From contig NC_083422.1 of assembly GCF_020745735.1 (NCBI RefSeq), positions 21,080,001 to 21,144,000 of the forward strand: 64,000 nucleotides of DNA, given 5' to 3'. Both the position numbers and the translations under genes were made by a program. This document shows positions 37,595-50,975 of the stretch, piece by piece; position 1 is the stretch's first letter; each line of letters begins with the position of its first letter. The notes under the pieces are model-generated. The model ran no database searches. It had not been told where the DNA came from and worked only from the letters and a program-made list of their open reading frames with translations. Source of the stretch: Hemiscyllium ocellatum (taxonomy: Eukaryota).

Positions 37595-38130
37595 GCATTC
37601 CACTTTGTGGGCAGGGATCTCAAGATTCTGGTGGACAGAGCAGGAATGTCCTCTTCCCACAAGACCAGCAGAGGAGGCCACAATGCCAGATGCTGCCAGC
37701 TTGGTCAAAAGGCTGCCACCCAGGTCAGAGCCATGCCAGTCATCTGCCCAGCAGTGTATGAAGAAGCTCAATGATCTTCTCTGTACCAGGGTAAGTGTCA
37801 CTATCTTCTCCCTGCTACAATGCACTCACTCTGTTTCAATTACTGCACACATCTCCCAGGAAGCTCATGCTCGACCACTCTTACTATTGCCTGCAGCATC
37901 TCTTACTTGTTCTCACCCTCCCAATTGCCTCACATCACTAACCCTGTGTGATCATTGTGCTGCCTACGCACTCGCTCAGAACACCTCGCGAGTTGGCTCC
38001 CACCTGCCCCAGCAGTAACAACTTGCATCTCACTACCTCTTTCCCTTTGTCTCACGCTAGGAACAAACAAAACACAATCCAGTAGAAAGAGCTGGGACAG
38101 GTGGTCGACATTTGGTTCCTCACCTGCTGC
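37595..38130 (+). pseudogene. Decayed Harbinger-type Myb/SANT-like DNA-binding gene with a retained intron (37791-38060)
   Basis: Across frameshifts it reads FVGRDLKILVDR / RNVLFPQDQQRRPQCQMLPAW / AATQVRAM / QQCMKKLNDLLCTR|GTAAGT ... CTAG|EQTKHNPVERAGTGG. This resembles the Myb_DNA-bind_5-like ORF of Harbinger elements; both splice sites are phase 0. Confidence 0.7.
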
Positions 38131-39769
38131 ATCAAGGTTATCCTGACCAAAACCTCTCTGATAACCAAGTGACTGTGTGCAAACCCCTTGACTTTCTGTG
38201 CTAGGTCCCTTCCTTGACTTGACCAAGGACTTCTCTCCTTAGACTTTGAGAATTAGCCATTTGTTTGAGGCACATGCAGTGTGTTTGCTGCATGAGCTGC
38301 AGCCACATGGTGAGATTACCTACAGCAACATTGTCACTCCCTGAACTAATGACTGCATACAACCACGGTGCGTCTTGGCTTTACCTCTGCATTAAAAGGC
38401 AAATCCACACAGATATGTTGTGTACCTGTGAGCGCTGGCTGAGGGGGCAACGTGCTACATGGCAAGACATGACTGTAAGCATCTAGGTAGGCATAAAGTG
38501 AATGAGCACAAAGAAAATAAAGCACGAAACCCTGAGATGCTCTCTGGGCCATTCTGAGAGCTTGGGTGCCTGTCCCTGCTCTCAGAGTACTCTTGTAGCA
38601 GCTTTGCAACAGATTGTGTGCCATTAGGTTCATTCCATAATGCAGCACTGAAGTGCAGAAATGGACTGTAAGTGGATTTGAAGCGGTTGCTGGTCTGGAG
38701 CGTGCCCTGAGGTGATTGTGCCAGGGTCCAGGGGAGCAAATGGTGAGTTGTCGAGTCATCAAGCGCCCACTCTGATTTTGGTATTGAGATTTCACTTTAT
38801 CTAGTTTCTCTCCATCAGAGGATTTGATTACTGCTGTGGGTGATAATAAGTGATAATTCCTGTTAATAGGCATCATACCGCTTTCTAGCAAGAATCTCAT
38901 CTTGAAGTCTGGAGCTCAGTTGGAAAATGTGATTTGCTGCTCCCAATGTTGGGAAAGGCCTCAATTGACTTCTCATCTAATTCTTCCAGCTTTCTTGTCA
39001 TAGCCCACGTAATTCAGGGGCCTAGAAGATTCCACCCGCTGAGACTATTCACTCTTGGAATCTTATGCAGTTTCTGCAGGAGTCAAATCAGGATCCTAAT
39101 CTCGTGCAGTTATGTCATTTTCACATCTCTGACGGTGCATTGTGTTTTGAAGCTGAAGCTGCAGTATCAATGTATCAGAGAGGTTTCTCAGCCAGAACTG
39201 ATATGATTTTCTCTAGACTTTAAATTTTGGCTGAAACTTTCTGCTTATCAACGTAAAGGATAACAGCTTTCATTTCTATTTCCCATGCTAGGCATCTTTG
39301 CATGCTTTCAGAATAAGATGGCCAATTAGTACTGAAATATAGGCAGCTTTTTGAAGTGAATTCATGCCCGTTAAGAAATAGATGTGGACTTTTCAAACTG
39401 ATTTCACTTGGGGACCTTTTACAGTTGTCAGAAAAAGGAGAATATTATTGCCTGAGTTCAGAGTAGATTGGAACACAGTTCCCAGGGGCATGAAAAGAAT
39501 TTTTTTATAGAGCAATGGATGTTTTTCAGTATGGGAGCATTGGCACTGAAAAGTGTTTGTTTTTCTCAACCGGTAACATAGTTTACTGTGTATAAGTCAA
39601 ACTAGCATATAAAATGACAATTATTTAGTACTAGAATTCATGTTTGTGTACATATGCAGCGCTTAGTTCAATTATACCTTGACAGCCATACTATACTATA
39701 CATATATTAAAAACCAGCTTCGATTTTACACCCTGCAAAGGGATATTTTATTTACTGGTACTTTATAGG

Positions 39770-41035
39770 GATTAGGGATAGTCAGCATGGATTTGTGCAA
39801 CTGAAATCATGTCTCACAAACTTGATTTGAGTTTTTTTGAGGAAGTAACCAAGAAGATTGATGAGGGCAGAGGGATAGGTGTTGTTTATTTGGACCTTAG
39901 TAATGTCTTTGACAAGGTTTCATATGGTAGACTAATTAGTAATGTGGGATCACATGGGATTGAGGGTGATCTTGCCAATTAGCTTATAGGCAGGAAACAG
40001 AGAGTAACTGTGGAGGGTTGTTTTTCGGACTGGAGTCCTGTTACCAGCGGTGTTCCACAGTGATCGGTACTGGGCCCACTTTTGTTTGTCATTTATACAG
40101 ATGAATTAGATGAGAACATAGAAAGTATCATTAGTTGGTTTGCGAACAACACCAAAATTGGTGGTATAGTGGACAGTGAAGAAGGTCATCTAAGATTACA
40201 AAGAGATTTTGATCAATTGGGTCGTAAGGCTATGGAGTGGCAAATGGAGTTTAATTTGGATAAATGCGAGGTACTGTATTCTGGTAAAGCAAACAAAGGC
40301 AAGACTTGGACAGTTAAAAGTAGGGCCTTGTAGAACACAGAGACATAAGAGTTCCGGTATATAATTCTTTGAAGTTTGCGTCACATGTAGACATGTTTAG
40401 TATGCTTGCCTTAATTTCCCAGACCTTTGACTGTATGAGTTGAGATGCCATATTGAGGTTGTACAGGATGTTAGTGAGGCCTCTTCTGGAGTACTGTGTC
40501 CAGTTCTAGTCGCCTTTATAGGAAGGATGTTATTAAGCTGGAGAGGGTTCAGAAAAGATCGACCAGAGAGGTTGCTGGGAATGGAGGGTTGATTATAAGA
40601 AGATGCTGGGTGAGCTTGGACATTTTTCTCCTGGACTGTGGGAGGTTAAGGGGTGACCCTTAGAGAGGCTTTTAAAATCATGAGAAGAATATATAAGGTG
40701 GATGTCAAATGTCTTTTCCTTAGGGTTGGGTGTTCAAGACTAGAGGGCATTGGATTAAGGTGAAAGGGAAAAGTTGTAAAAGAGGCAACCCGATGGGCAA
40801 CTTTTACACACAGACGGAGGTGCACACATGGAGTGAACTTCCAGAGGAAGTGGCAGATGCAAGTAGTCATAACAATTAAAAGACATTTGACTAAGTACAT
40901 AAATAAGAAACATTTGGAGTGGATGTGGGCTCAGCACAGGCAGATGGGACTAGTTTATTTTTGGATAATGGTCAGTGTGGTCTGTTTGGACCAAAGGGTC
41001 TGTTTCAGTCCTGTATGACACTATGATGCTATAAC
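39770..41035 (+). mobile_element. CR1 LINE RT-to-tail fragment, decayed
   Basis: ORF 40082-40333 (FVIYTDELDE...NTKIGGIVDSEEGHLRLQRD). Tail ...TATGACACTATGATGCTATAACT. Confidence 0.88.
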
Positions 41036-41653
41036 TAGGTGCAAGAAATTAAACAAGCGATACATGCTGTGATGTGAAGTGTGCAGGGGTTTAAGATAAG
41101 CCCACACTTTTCTTTGGCTGTTGAAGAGAAATCATAGTGGTAACCAATGTTACCTACAGCAACAATGTACACTTATACTCTGGTTATAGATCAAACCCAT
41201 TTTTGAAGGATTTTTTCTTGAGGCTTCAAACGTAATCCAATGCTATGGTAAATATGAGTTCTTTTCCCCCAAGTTTAATCTTTGGAATAATAGAGCCAAT
41301 TCTTTCTATGTTATGCTCCAAATATAGCCTTGCATAAAATTGGACAGGTCTCCAAATAGCTGCACTGTGTGATTCTTTACTGTGTGTGCTTGGAAGAGAC
41401 ATTGCAATTCAAATTGAAGTTAGATGGATGTTGAATGGTGCATCTGTTCCAGTCAAACATTCCTTCAGATGAACATCTCCTACTGCTTGTTGGTCTGTTG
41501 TATTTAAATTATGTTTGATCAGGAAATTTAGTCAATAATTTAACCTATCAGGTTCCTTATGTATAATGAGTTTTAGCAGCACCGATTGTGTTCTTGCAAT
41601 TAATTAACTATGCTATTGTCCCAGTGGTGCAATGTGAGCGCAGATTGCGACAT

Positions 41654-41866
41654 TCAAAATCATACAACACCATATTATAGTCCAACAGGTTTATTTATAA
41701 GTACTAGTTTTCGGAGCACTGTTCCTTCATCAGGTGGTTGTCAGTCACCTGATGAAAGAGCGGCACTCCGAAAGCTAGTGTTTCCAAATAAACCTGTTGG
41801 ACTATAACCTGGTGTTGTGTGATTTTTAACCTTGTGCACTCCAATCCAACACTGGCTCTTCCAAAT
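41654..41866. mobile_element. Penelope-like family B fold-back insertion
   Basis: Arms of about 80 bp are inverted around 41737-41745, each with a hammerhead motif. TSD GCAGATT(G/A)CGACAT at 41640-41653 / 41867-41880. Confidence 0.88.
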
Positions 41867-43224
41867 GCAGATTACGACATAAGTGGGTGTTATGGTGTGG
41901 GAATTCTCAGTTTTCAGAAGCCAAGATAAAGTGAGCTTTGATTTCAAACTCAGTCATTATCGTGTTAACAAACCAGAAGTTACTTGAGCTTCTTTAATCT
42001 CTTTTTTTTCAGAGGTAGAGTTTGCAGTTTCAGTTGTTCAAGTGCAGTAATTGGTAATTGTTTTGTACTTGTCACTAACACTTAGATTTTATGTGACCAA
42101 GAAATGTTTTGAACTTGTCCAACTTAACATTTAAGGTCTGAATCATACAATTTCAACTTTGACCAGTTTAATCTTTGAAATTAATAAAGCTTATCCTGAA
42201 TATAAGAATTGTCATTACCATAGCTTTGTTGTGCCTGGGTTTTAAAAGAAGTAGAGGGAAAACATAGGAGATGCCCTAACTATAAGTTCCCAAATTTATC
42301 TTGATTTAAGAATCTCGCTATTGGATTTTAAAAAATGGAGCATGTTACTCTGTTATTGAAGAAAACAAAAATCCAGACTTTATAGGCCAGATAGCTTAGC
42401 ATCTGCCAGAGTGAAATTACAAAGATCTATAATTACAGATTGACTGACTGAACGTAATGAAAAGTTTGGAGAGCCAGCATGGATTTGAAAAAGATAGGTC
42501 ACGCCTGATGAACCTGATTGAATCTTTTGGAGATGTGTAACATTTTTAGATTGCTTAATTCTATAATTATATATAGAAGAGAATGCACAGATACTTTCTA
42601 AATAGATTTCCAGATCACTTAATATCCTTCATAAGGAACTGTTGGCTGTAGTTAAAATGTGTGGAAAAGTATTGACCAGGTTAAGAATAAGTTCCTGGAT
42701 TATCTGAAGGGACAGAAATTGTGTCAAAGGTTCATTATATATTAATTAACTGGAATGGAAAAGGAAAAAACAGACTTGAGTGACAAACAAAACAATGATA
42801 CATTCAAGCTTTTAGGTTACTTCATTTCTCAATTCAATAAAGCTAGATTATCTTGCCCGAGGTCTATGAATAGAAGTTCTGGCCTGATATTGAAATTCAG
42901 AAATAGAGTCAATATTGCATCTGGTCAATGTTTAAATGAGTGCATTTCCAACAGCATTGATTTTTTAACCTTTCTTGGTGAGCATATTTCCTGACAAATT
43001 ATTTTGCAATGTAGTTTTAGGTGTTATATGAAACAATTTGGTGTTATTATTTGGATCTAAAAGGGTTAATAGTGAAGCATTGGGATGATGTCAAATGTTC
43101 TTTGGGGTAGAACATCTGGGATCTCTGAGGAGTGGGATCTACGTCTGGCCCTCATCAAAATCTCTGATTGCTTGTATTAAGTCAATATAACCTGTAACAA
43201 TTTCCTAACATACAAAAACTATAT

Positions 43225-44245
43225 CACAGCAGGAGGGAGTGCAAGGGTCAGTGCTGGGTCCACTGCTTTTTGTCTTTTATACAAATGATTTCGATGCGAA
43301 TATAGGAGGTATGGTTAGTAAGCTTGCAGATGACACAAATATTGGAGGTGTAGTGAACAGCGAAGAAGGTTATCTCAAAGTACAATGGGACCTTGTTCAG
43401 ATAGACCGAAGAGCCAAGGAGTGGGAAATGGAGTTTAATTCAGATAAATGTGAGGTGCTGAATGTTGGAAAGGCAAATCAGAGCAGGACATATATACTTA
43501 CAGGTAAGGTCCTGGGGAGTGTTGCTGAACAAAGAGACCTTAGAGTGAAGGTTCATAGTTCCTTGAAAATGGAGTCGCAGATAGATAGGGTAGTGAAGAA
43601 GAGGTTTTGCATGCTCGCCTTTATTGATCGGAGCATTGAGAATAGGAGTTGGCAGATCATGTTGTGGCTGTACATGACATTGGTTAGGCCACTTTTGGAA
43701 TACTGCATCCAATTCAGTCTCCCTGCTATTGAAAATATATTGTTAAACCTGTCAGGGTTCCAAACAGATTTACAAGGATGTTGTCAGAGTTGGGGGGCTT
43801 GAACTATAGGGACAGGTTGAATAGTCTAGACTTATTTTCCCTGAAGCGTCGGAGTCAGAAGGGTGATATTATGGAAGTTTATAAAATCATGAGGGGAATG
43901 GATAGAATGAATAGTCAAGGTCTTTTCCCTAGGATAGGGGAGTCCTAAACTATAGGGCATAGATTAAGATGAGAGGGGAAATATTTAAAAAGGGCTTGAG
44001 AGGCAACTTTTTCACACAGGGGATGGTGCATTTATGGAATGAACCACCAGAGGAATTGGTGGAGGCTGGTATAATTATAACATTTAAAAGCCATCTGGAA
44101 AGTTATATGAATAAGAAGAGCTCAGAGGTGCATCGGCCCAATGATGGGAAGTGGGACTAGATCAATTTAGGAAATTAATTCTGGTCAGCATGGACGAGTT
44201 GGACCAAAGGGTCTGTTTCTGTGCTGTACATCTCTATGACTCTAA
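43225..44245 (+). mobile_element. CR1 LINE RT-to-tail fragment
   Basis: ORF 43239-43802 (QGSVLGPLLFVFYTND...LADDTNIGG) and tail CATCTCTATGACTCTA. Confidence 0.92.
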
Positions 44246-44711
44246 GTGAATTGAATAATCTTTACTATTGTCCTCTTCTGTCTATAATAGAAATTTTTCA
44301 CATTTTCTTTTAACTTCTTAAAATAGGCAGCGGCATGTTTCACCAAATCTATTTGTCATGTACAATTTAAAAATAACCCACAACAAATCTCTCAGGGTGT
44401 AAATAAAATAGGATTTAATAATTCATTCAAAACATGCTGAACACAGGTTCATACATATAGCCAAGGATGGAAAGAAATCACAAAATGCTGAAATAATAAG
44501 AAAACCAGAAGTATTGATATAAGTTCATGTGATTTTGTGTCCAGTAATTAATGTCAAATGGAGGTCCTTTTCTCACTTGGCAGTGTACAGATGTCCATTT
44601 TAGTTCAAGGTGCAACCATTGCAAAGTTGGAATTTACTGACAAAATACATGGTTCTTTCTAAAATTCAGACTTTGAAGCAGATTGAGATCAGAGGCATAG
44701 AGTTAGCATAG

Positions 44712-44893
44712 TAGATAGGGTAGTGAGGAAGGGGTTTGGTATGCTCGCCTTTATTGGTCAGAGCATTGAATATAGGAGTTGGCAGATCATTTTGTGGCTG
44801 TACATGACATTGGTTAGGCTATTTTGGAATACTGCATCCAATTCAGTCTCCCTGTTATAGGAAAGATGTCGTTAAACCTGTCAGGGTTCCAAA
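44712..44893 (+). repeat. Local duplicate of 43582-43764 (CR1 segment)
   Basis: Shares variants absent from other CR1 copies in the window: TTGGCAGATC, CTGTACATGACATTGG, GCATCCAATTCAGTCTCCCTG, AAACCTGTCAGGGTTCCAAA. Confidence 0.7.
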
Positions 44894-45739
44894 AAGCATA
44901 GACTAAGTCTCGTCTTGTGTAATAGTCAATGCTGTATAATTAAAGCTGCTCACAACCCAATCATTTCAATCACCTGATTGGAATTTTGGTTGAGCCACCT
45001 CAGTCAAAGGATTTCTTTGATCCCTCGACAAAACCCATTGTATGTTGCAGAAGGAAATTGAGGGGCTGTTAGTACCAAATCAAGCAAAAAGAGTTTTGAT
45101 GTCTTTCTTTCAAAGCATTCTAGCAGGAAACACAGCTTATGGTGACACCAACCAATTTGGTTGCCAGGTAATCCTAGAGTCTCCATGACCCTTTTTACCT
45201 CAGTATCTAACAGCCCATGACCCAGGTAGTGACCTATCATATTCAACTTTTCCTCCAAATGTCTTCCCTAGGCTCCAATATTACACTTCAATTTCACTCA
45301 CCTCGTTCATTTCCGCTCCTTTTGTGGAAGCCATGGTAGTGGTCACTGCCAATAATCCCCTGTCACATGGTCCATTCGTCTTTCCATGCTGTTCTACTTA
45401 AACCTTCCTGACCCCCACCATGGCCTTGTCTACACTTCAATGCATGCAACTGAGTACTGCCCACAGCTTTGAATCTGCCCCCCCGCCTGTAATAGGCGAG
45501 AACCCTCTCCCCCAGCAATCAGATGCCTGACTGTTGTAGTTGCAGATCTCCAATTGATGATACACAATTATCCTGATTGTTGCTGCTGCTGTTGGCCGTC
45601 CAGGACTGCTAGTTGGCCACCGTTCAGACTGTGGTGGGCTATATCCCCTGACCAAGAGAGGTCCAAGTGGGTGAATGATCATGATGGAACAACTGGACTC
45701 TGTGTCCAAGACTGACATTACCAGGATCTTGTGACCCTC

Positions 45740-46700
45740 AGTGGCACCCCCTCTTGACTGAACAGCACAGAAACAGCCCCTTTGGCCCACCAAGACTAAA
45801 CTAACAGATGATGTCTTTCTAAATCCGCTTTTGCCTCTATATTGTCTGAATCCCTCTATTCCCTGTGTATTCATGTATCTGTCAAGATGCTTCTTAAACA
45901 TTGTTGTTACCTCCACTTCCATTACCGTCTCTGGCAGCGCATTCCAGGTACTTATCACTCTCTGTATAAAAAACCTTGTCTCACACATCGCCTTTGAACT
46001 TACATCTTTTTACTTTAAACTTAGGTTTCCTAGTAATTGACATTTCTACCCTTGGAAGAAGACTCCATTATCCATTCTATCCAAGCCTCTCATAATTCTG
46101 TAAACTTGCTTCAGGTTGACCTTCCACTCTATCCTTTGATGTTCACATGAAAACAATCCAAGTTTGTCCAATCTCTACTCATAGACAACACCCTCCAAAC
46201 CAAGTGGCTTCTGCACCCTTTCCAAGGCCTCCACATCCTTCTGGTATTGTGACAATCCGAACTAGCTGCAATACTCCAAGTGTGGCCTAACTAAAGTTCT
46301 ATACAGCAGCTCATGACTTGCCTATTTTTGTACTCTGTGCCCTGACAGATGCTATATATTTTCTTGACCACCTTATCCATTCGTGTTGCCACTTTCAGAG
46401 AACTGTAGACCTGTGCCCTTGTACTCCACTGTATGTTGATGTTACTAAGGGTACTGCCATCTACTGTATACTTCCACCCTGCATTAGATCTTCCACAATG
46501 CATCACTTTGCATTTGTCGGAATCAAACTCCATTTGTCATTTTCCTGCCCAACCTTCCAGTTTATCTGTATCCTGTTGCATCCTTTGGCAATCCTCTTCA
46601 CTAGATGCAGCTCCTCCAATCTTTATGCCATCCACAAACTTACTAATCAGATCACTTACATTCTCCTCCAAATCATTTAAAGATATCAAAAACACCAGAG
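45740..46700 (-). mobile_element. CR1 LINE RT-to-tail fragment, decayed
   Basis: Reads FLISLNDLEENVSDLISKFVDGIKIGG, MEFDSDKCKVMH and FFIQRVISTWNALPE. Confidence 0.85.
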
Positions 46701-47700
46701 GTGCTAGCACTGATGCCTGGACTAGAGTGAGGCTTAGACCCCACCCAGTTTCTGGCATAGCAATTTGATTGAATGAACATGCAGCGGGCTTGCTGTGCAG
46801 GAGCTGGCACATACTGTTAGTGTTAGTTTGAAGTCTTGGTATACTGTATATCAGACAGATTCCTGCTGACAAACGCAACAAGCATCCTGTCTGTGTGCCT
46901 GTGCAAAAGAGCATGTCACTATGACAGTACTTTATAACCTTTAGTCTCTGGCTAAAACATCCATGCTATTACAGCAGAGCAAGGCATGAATGCTGTGAAC
47001 ATGCAGGTAGGTGCTAAGTGAGTGAGTGCTAAGAGAGCAAATGAGCAGCCCTGATATAAAACCTGGTCCAATCCTTGAGCTGGATGCTTGCCCCTCAGTG
47101 CAAAGTGTTCTCATAGCAGCCTTGTCAGCACTGGTTGTCAGTACATCCTGCCTGCAATTCAAGTCTGTACTTCACGAACATCTTGCAGATGCATTTGGGA
47201 GGTGCTATGAGGATTCTGAGGGGTTGACAGGTCGTGTTGAGTAATGTGGAGGATGTTCACTGCTGAAGCTGCCAGGTACCTGCTCAGATTTCCATATTGA
47301 GAATTCTTAGCATCTAGGATTCTTGCAGAGGTGGTAGGATAGGAAACCGTGTGTTGAAGAGATGAGCTGTGCAATTAGTATTGTCAACAATCTGTATCCC
47401 TTATTAGGCAACTCACTGCTCCCTAGTGAGAACCTTGCCTCAACATGTGGAACTTGCTTAAAGTTGCTGCTGACATTGACACAGAGTCCTGACCGGAGTC
47501 CTGGCTTGATTCTGCCCTATTTCCCACCATAGCCAATGCTGTTCAGGACGTTGCAGGATTCCAGCCATTGTCTCAGGTTCCTTTGTTTTTGGCCTGACTA
47601 GATCTTCAAATGGGACATGTGGGACATTGTTTGTTTGTTTCTAATCTGTTAATTATTGAAAATTTCTAAAAGTAGCCGACTTGACCATACTGCTTTCAGT

Positions 47701-47797
47701 AGAAAGTGAGGACTGCAGATGCTGGAGATCAGAGCTGAAAATGTGTTGCTGGAAAAGATGCTGCCTGACCTGCTGCGCTTTTCCAGCAACACATTTT
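47701..47797. mobile_element. 97-bp Penelope-like family A fold-back fragment with perfect 15-bp TSD
   Basis: TSD CATACTGCTTTCAGT at 47686-47700 / 47798-47812. GAAAATGTGTTGCTGGAAAAG is inverted relative to CTTTTCCAGCAACACATTTTC. Confidence 0.88.
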
Positions 47798-47914
47798 CAT
47801 ACTGCTTTCAGTCCCAACTATTTTCAATTCAGCAAGAATTCACTTTTAAAAATAGTGCCTTTAAACAACGTAATGTAGACTTCAAAACTTTAAGATCCTC
47901 CTCTTCTTTAAGAT

Positions 47915-48103
47915 TAAACAAAGATGTATGGATGCTGAAAATCTGAATCAGAAGAATAAATTGCTGGTGAAACTCAACAGGTTTGGCAGCATCTGTGGAG
48001 AGAAAAACAGAATTAGCATTTTGAGTCCAGTGACCCTTCTTCAGAAAAAGGTCTCAATGTTTTCTCTGCACAAATGCTGCCAGATTGCCGAGTGTCTCTA
48101 GCA
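47915..48103. mobile_element. Penelope-like family C fold-back fragment, decayed
   Basis: GGCAGCATCTGTGGAGAGAAAAAC is inverted relative to GTTTTCTCTGCACAAATGCTGCC. Degenerate hammerhead at about 48012-48046 (-). Confidence 0.65.
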
Positions 48104-48104
48104 A

Positions 48105-48459
48105 GTGGAGATGATGGCCAGTGGTATCATTGCAAGACTATTAGTCCAGAGACCCAGATAATGTTTTGAGGACCCAGATTCGAATCCTGCCATGGTAGAT
48201 GGTGGAGTTTAAATTCATAAAACAAATAAGAGCCTAATGATGACCATGACTCCAATGTCAATTTTTGGGAAAAATCCATCTGGTTCACAAATGCCCTTTT
48301 AGGGAAGGAAATCTGCCATACTTACCTGGTCTGGCCTACATGTGACTCCAGACCCACAGCCATGTGATTGACTCTCAACTGCCCTCTGGGCAAGTAAGGA
48401 TGGACAACAAGTGCTGTTCTAGTCAGCGACATCCCTAAATTGTGAATGAATAAAAAAAA
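48105..48459 (+). mobile_element. tRNA-derived SINE sharing its 3' tail with the family 2 LINE
   Basis: A-box-like TGGCCAGTGG, B-box-like GATTCGAATCC, core CCATCTGGTTCAC...GGCCTACATGTGACTCCAGACCCACAGC, tail GGGCAAGTAAGGATGG...GAATGAATAAAAAAAA. Confidence 0.75.
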
Positions 48460-50449
48460 TTCTGTTTTTGTTTCATCTTTCTCTTCACGCCTTCTGGACA
48501 CAACAATTTCACCTTGTTGTCCACAAGAGGCTCTTCTAGTTGAACTAGGAAATGGTTTCCTTGCACCAAATTAGATGAGGCAGGCCCTTTACTTTTCTAC
48601 ACTTAAAGAGGATGGTGGCAGCAACCTTCACTAAGAACAGCAGCTCATACAGCGCAGTGAGCAGACCCTTCCCATGCAACAATCCCAATGATGAACATCT
48701 CCTCAGTTCAGCCTTTGATTTGGTTCCACTTGCCTGTTCCATTGGTTCAGGCAGGCATTAACAATCCCATGGCACTTTTTGTCAACAAGTACAGATTTCT
48801 CCCTGTGTTCTGGATGGCATTTCTTCCTCAAGGAACAACAATAAAATCGTAAAGAACAGCACTTTTTCCACTTCAAAATTAATTAACTATATGAGAAGTG
48901 CTTTGTGATGTTTTTGAGCAATATGGTGAAGTACTTTACAGGTGGAATCCTTTCATTTCAAGCATTTACTCAGGGGGTTAAATGAACTCTACACTACACT
49001 CCTTTCAGAATTAAGTGCTACAGTCTCTTATAAATTACAGTGGAATGTCCACTTTGCTGTAGATATTTCTAGACACATCTCTCTTACAATAGCTTCCACT
49101 CTATCTTTGGATTTTCAATTGAATAATCTTTTCATAGTGTTTTGGAAGGAAGTAAACAAGGTCATTAATCTACACTATGGATGAGGTGTCTCCTACTATA
49201 ATAAATTTTGTTCGGAAAGGACACTAAGTACTCGAGAGCAAAGTTTATTTTATGTTTTGTTTTAACGTTTTCAGTGCTGAATTTCTTTTTTTTTACAATG
49301 TTTTCATAAAATCTAAAAGAAGAGAGCTCTTTGTGAAATTTAGACTCACATTTCACATAGTCTGCATGTTATTTCAGATTTGGATATTAACCGTAATATG
49401 ATGGGATACTGTGATAATTAGTGGACAATGCTATCAGGTCATTTGGAACCAGGACTTGAGTTTGCAGTTTCCAATATTGCCTCTCCAACCCTCTCTTGTG
49501 TTTATGTTCAATAAAGCCATTTGATGTTCATTAATCTGAGTGTCAGCCTTCCACAACCACCTGGATCTAATCTAACTGATGACAATGGTTTACCTTCCAC
49601 CTTTTGGGAGAACTCCCAACCAGTTAAGTTACTTAATATAGAAAAACTTTGGGACATTTACACAGGGTGTGGGTGTGTGAATGTGGAGATGGGGAACATG
49701 GTGAGGTAACTGAGCAAGGGATAAGGTGATAAATGGGTAGTGTGATTGGTTGTATCTTTCAAAGTAAATGCATTTGAACCGTCTGACTCAGAGTTGTGTA
49801 CTTTTTTGGAGTGTCCTAGAGAGCAAAGGGATTGTCCACTGAAACTTCAGGTGTCCTGGTCAATTTCCACTGAGGCACTGAGATGGGACTCGAATGGGGA
49901 CTGACATCCTTCTCTGATTTTTCTTCTGGTCTGTGATTTCTTGGAGACCAGAGGATCTCTGGTCGTTGTTTGAAGTTGGTGATCCTTCATCAGAGCAAGT
50001 AAATCTTAGCAGTGCAACCGACTTTAAAGCTTTTTTTTAAAGGAGAAGAGGTAGGAAACAAAGAGCAAAGAGGTGGATGGCAGGAGAAATTAAATAACAA
50101 AAGGAGTGTGAGTGAACGGCAAAGATCTATTGTAATAGGACAAGTGAAGAAATAAAAATTAGAAGAGGCATAAGCAAATCATCAATGACATCCAAACAGA
50201 AAAGGGGGAGCAGTTGTGACTTGAACTTCACAAAGCTTCTCTCTCAGCACCTTCTAAACCCATGACCACTGTAACCTAGAAGGACAAGAGCAGCAGACAC
50301 ATGGCAATACTATCACATACAAGCTCCACTCCAAGTCCACACAACTAAACCATCATTCCTTCTCTGTCCTTGGATCAAAATCCTGGAACTCCCTCCCTAA
50401 TAGCATGATAGGCATCCCTATACTCAAGGTTCTGCTGTGATTCAAGGAA

Positions 50450-50975
50450 GCTGGAATACTATGAACAGTTTTGGGCCCTTTATCTAAGGAAAGTGACATT
50501 GGGGCAGTTCAGGAAAGATTCTCTGGGCCAGTACGAGGAATCAAGAGACTACCTGTCTTATGATGAGCGGTTGAGTAGATTGAGCCTGTACTCATTGGAA
50601 TATAGAAGAATGAGAGGCAACCTATTGAAACATACAAGATTCTGAAAGGACTTGACAGTATTGATGAAGGTTATTTCATCTCGTGGGGAAGTCTAGGACA
50701 AAAGGGCATAATCTCAGAAAAAAGGATCACACATTTAAGTCACAGATAAGGAAGAATTGTTTCTCTCAGAGGGTTGTGAAATTTTTTTGCTGCAAATGGC
50801 TGTAGCAATTGGGTCATTAATTTTATTCAAGCCTGAGATGGACAGATCTTTAGTCAGTGAGGGATCAAAAGTATGGACAAAAGCAGGAAAATGGAGTTGA
50901 GGGTTATCGGATTAGTCTTGATCTCATTGATGGTGGAGCAGACCTGATGGGCTGAATGGCTGTTCCTGTGTCTTA
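50450..50975 (+). mobile_element. CR1 LINE (family 3) 3' end, decayed
   Basis: GAGTAGATTGAGCCTGTACTC...AGAAGAATGAGAGG...AAACATACAAGATT through GGTGGAGCAGAC...GAATGG tail. Confidence 0.75.

Noticed and set aside
46800-47560. GC-richer non-CR1 segment, possibly another Harbinger relic
   Set aside because: I could not recover diagnostic Myb or transposase motifs in any frame.
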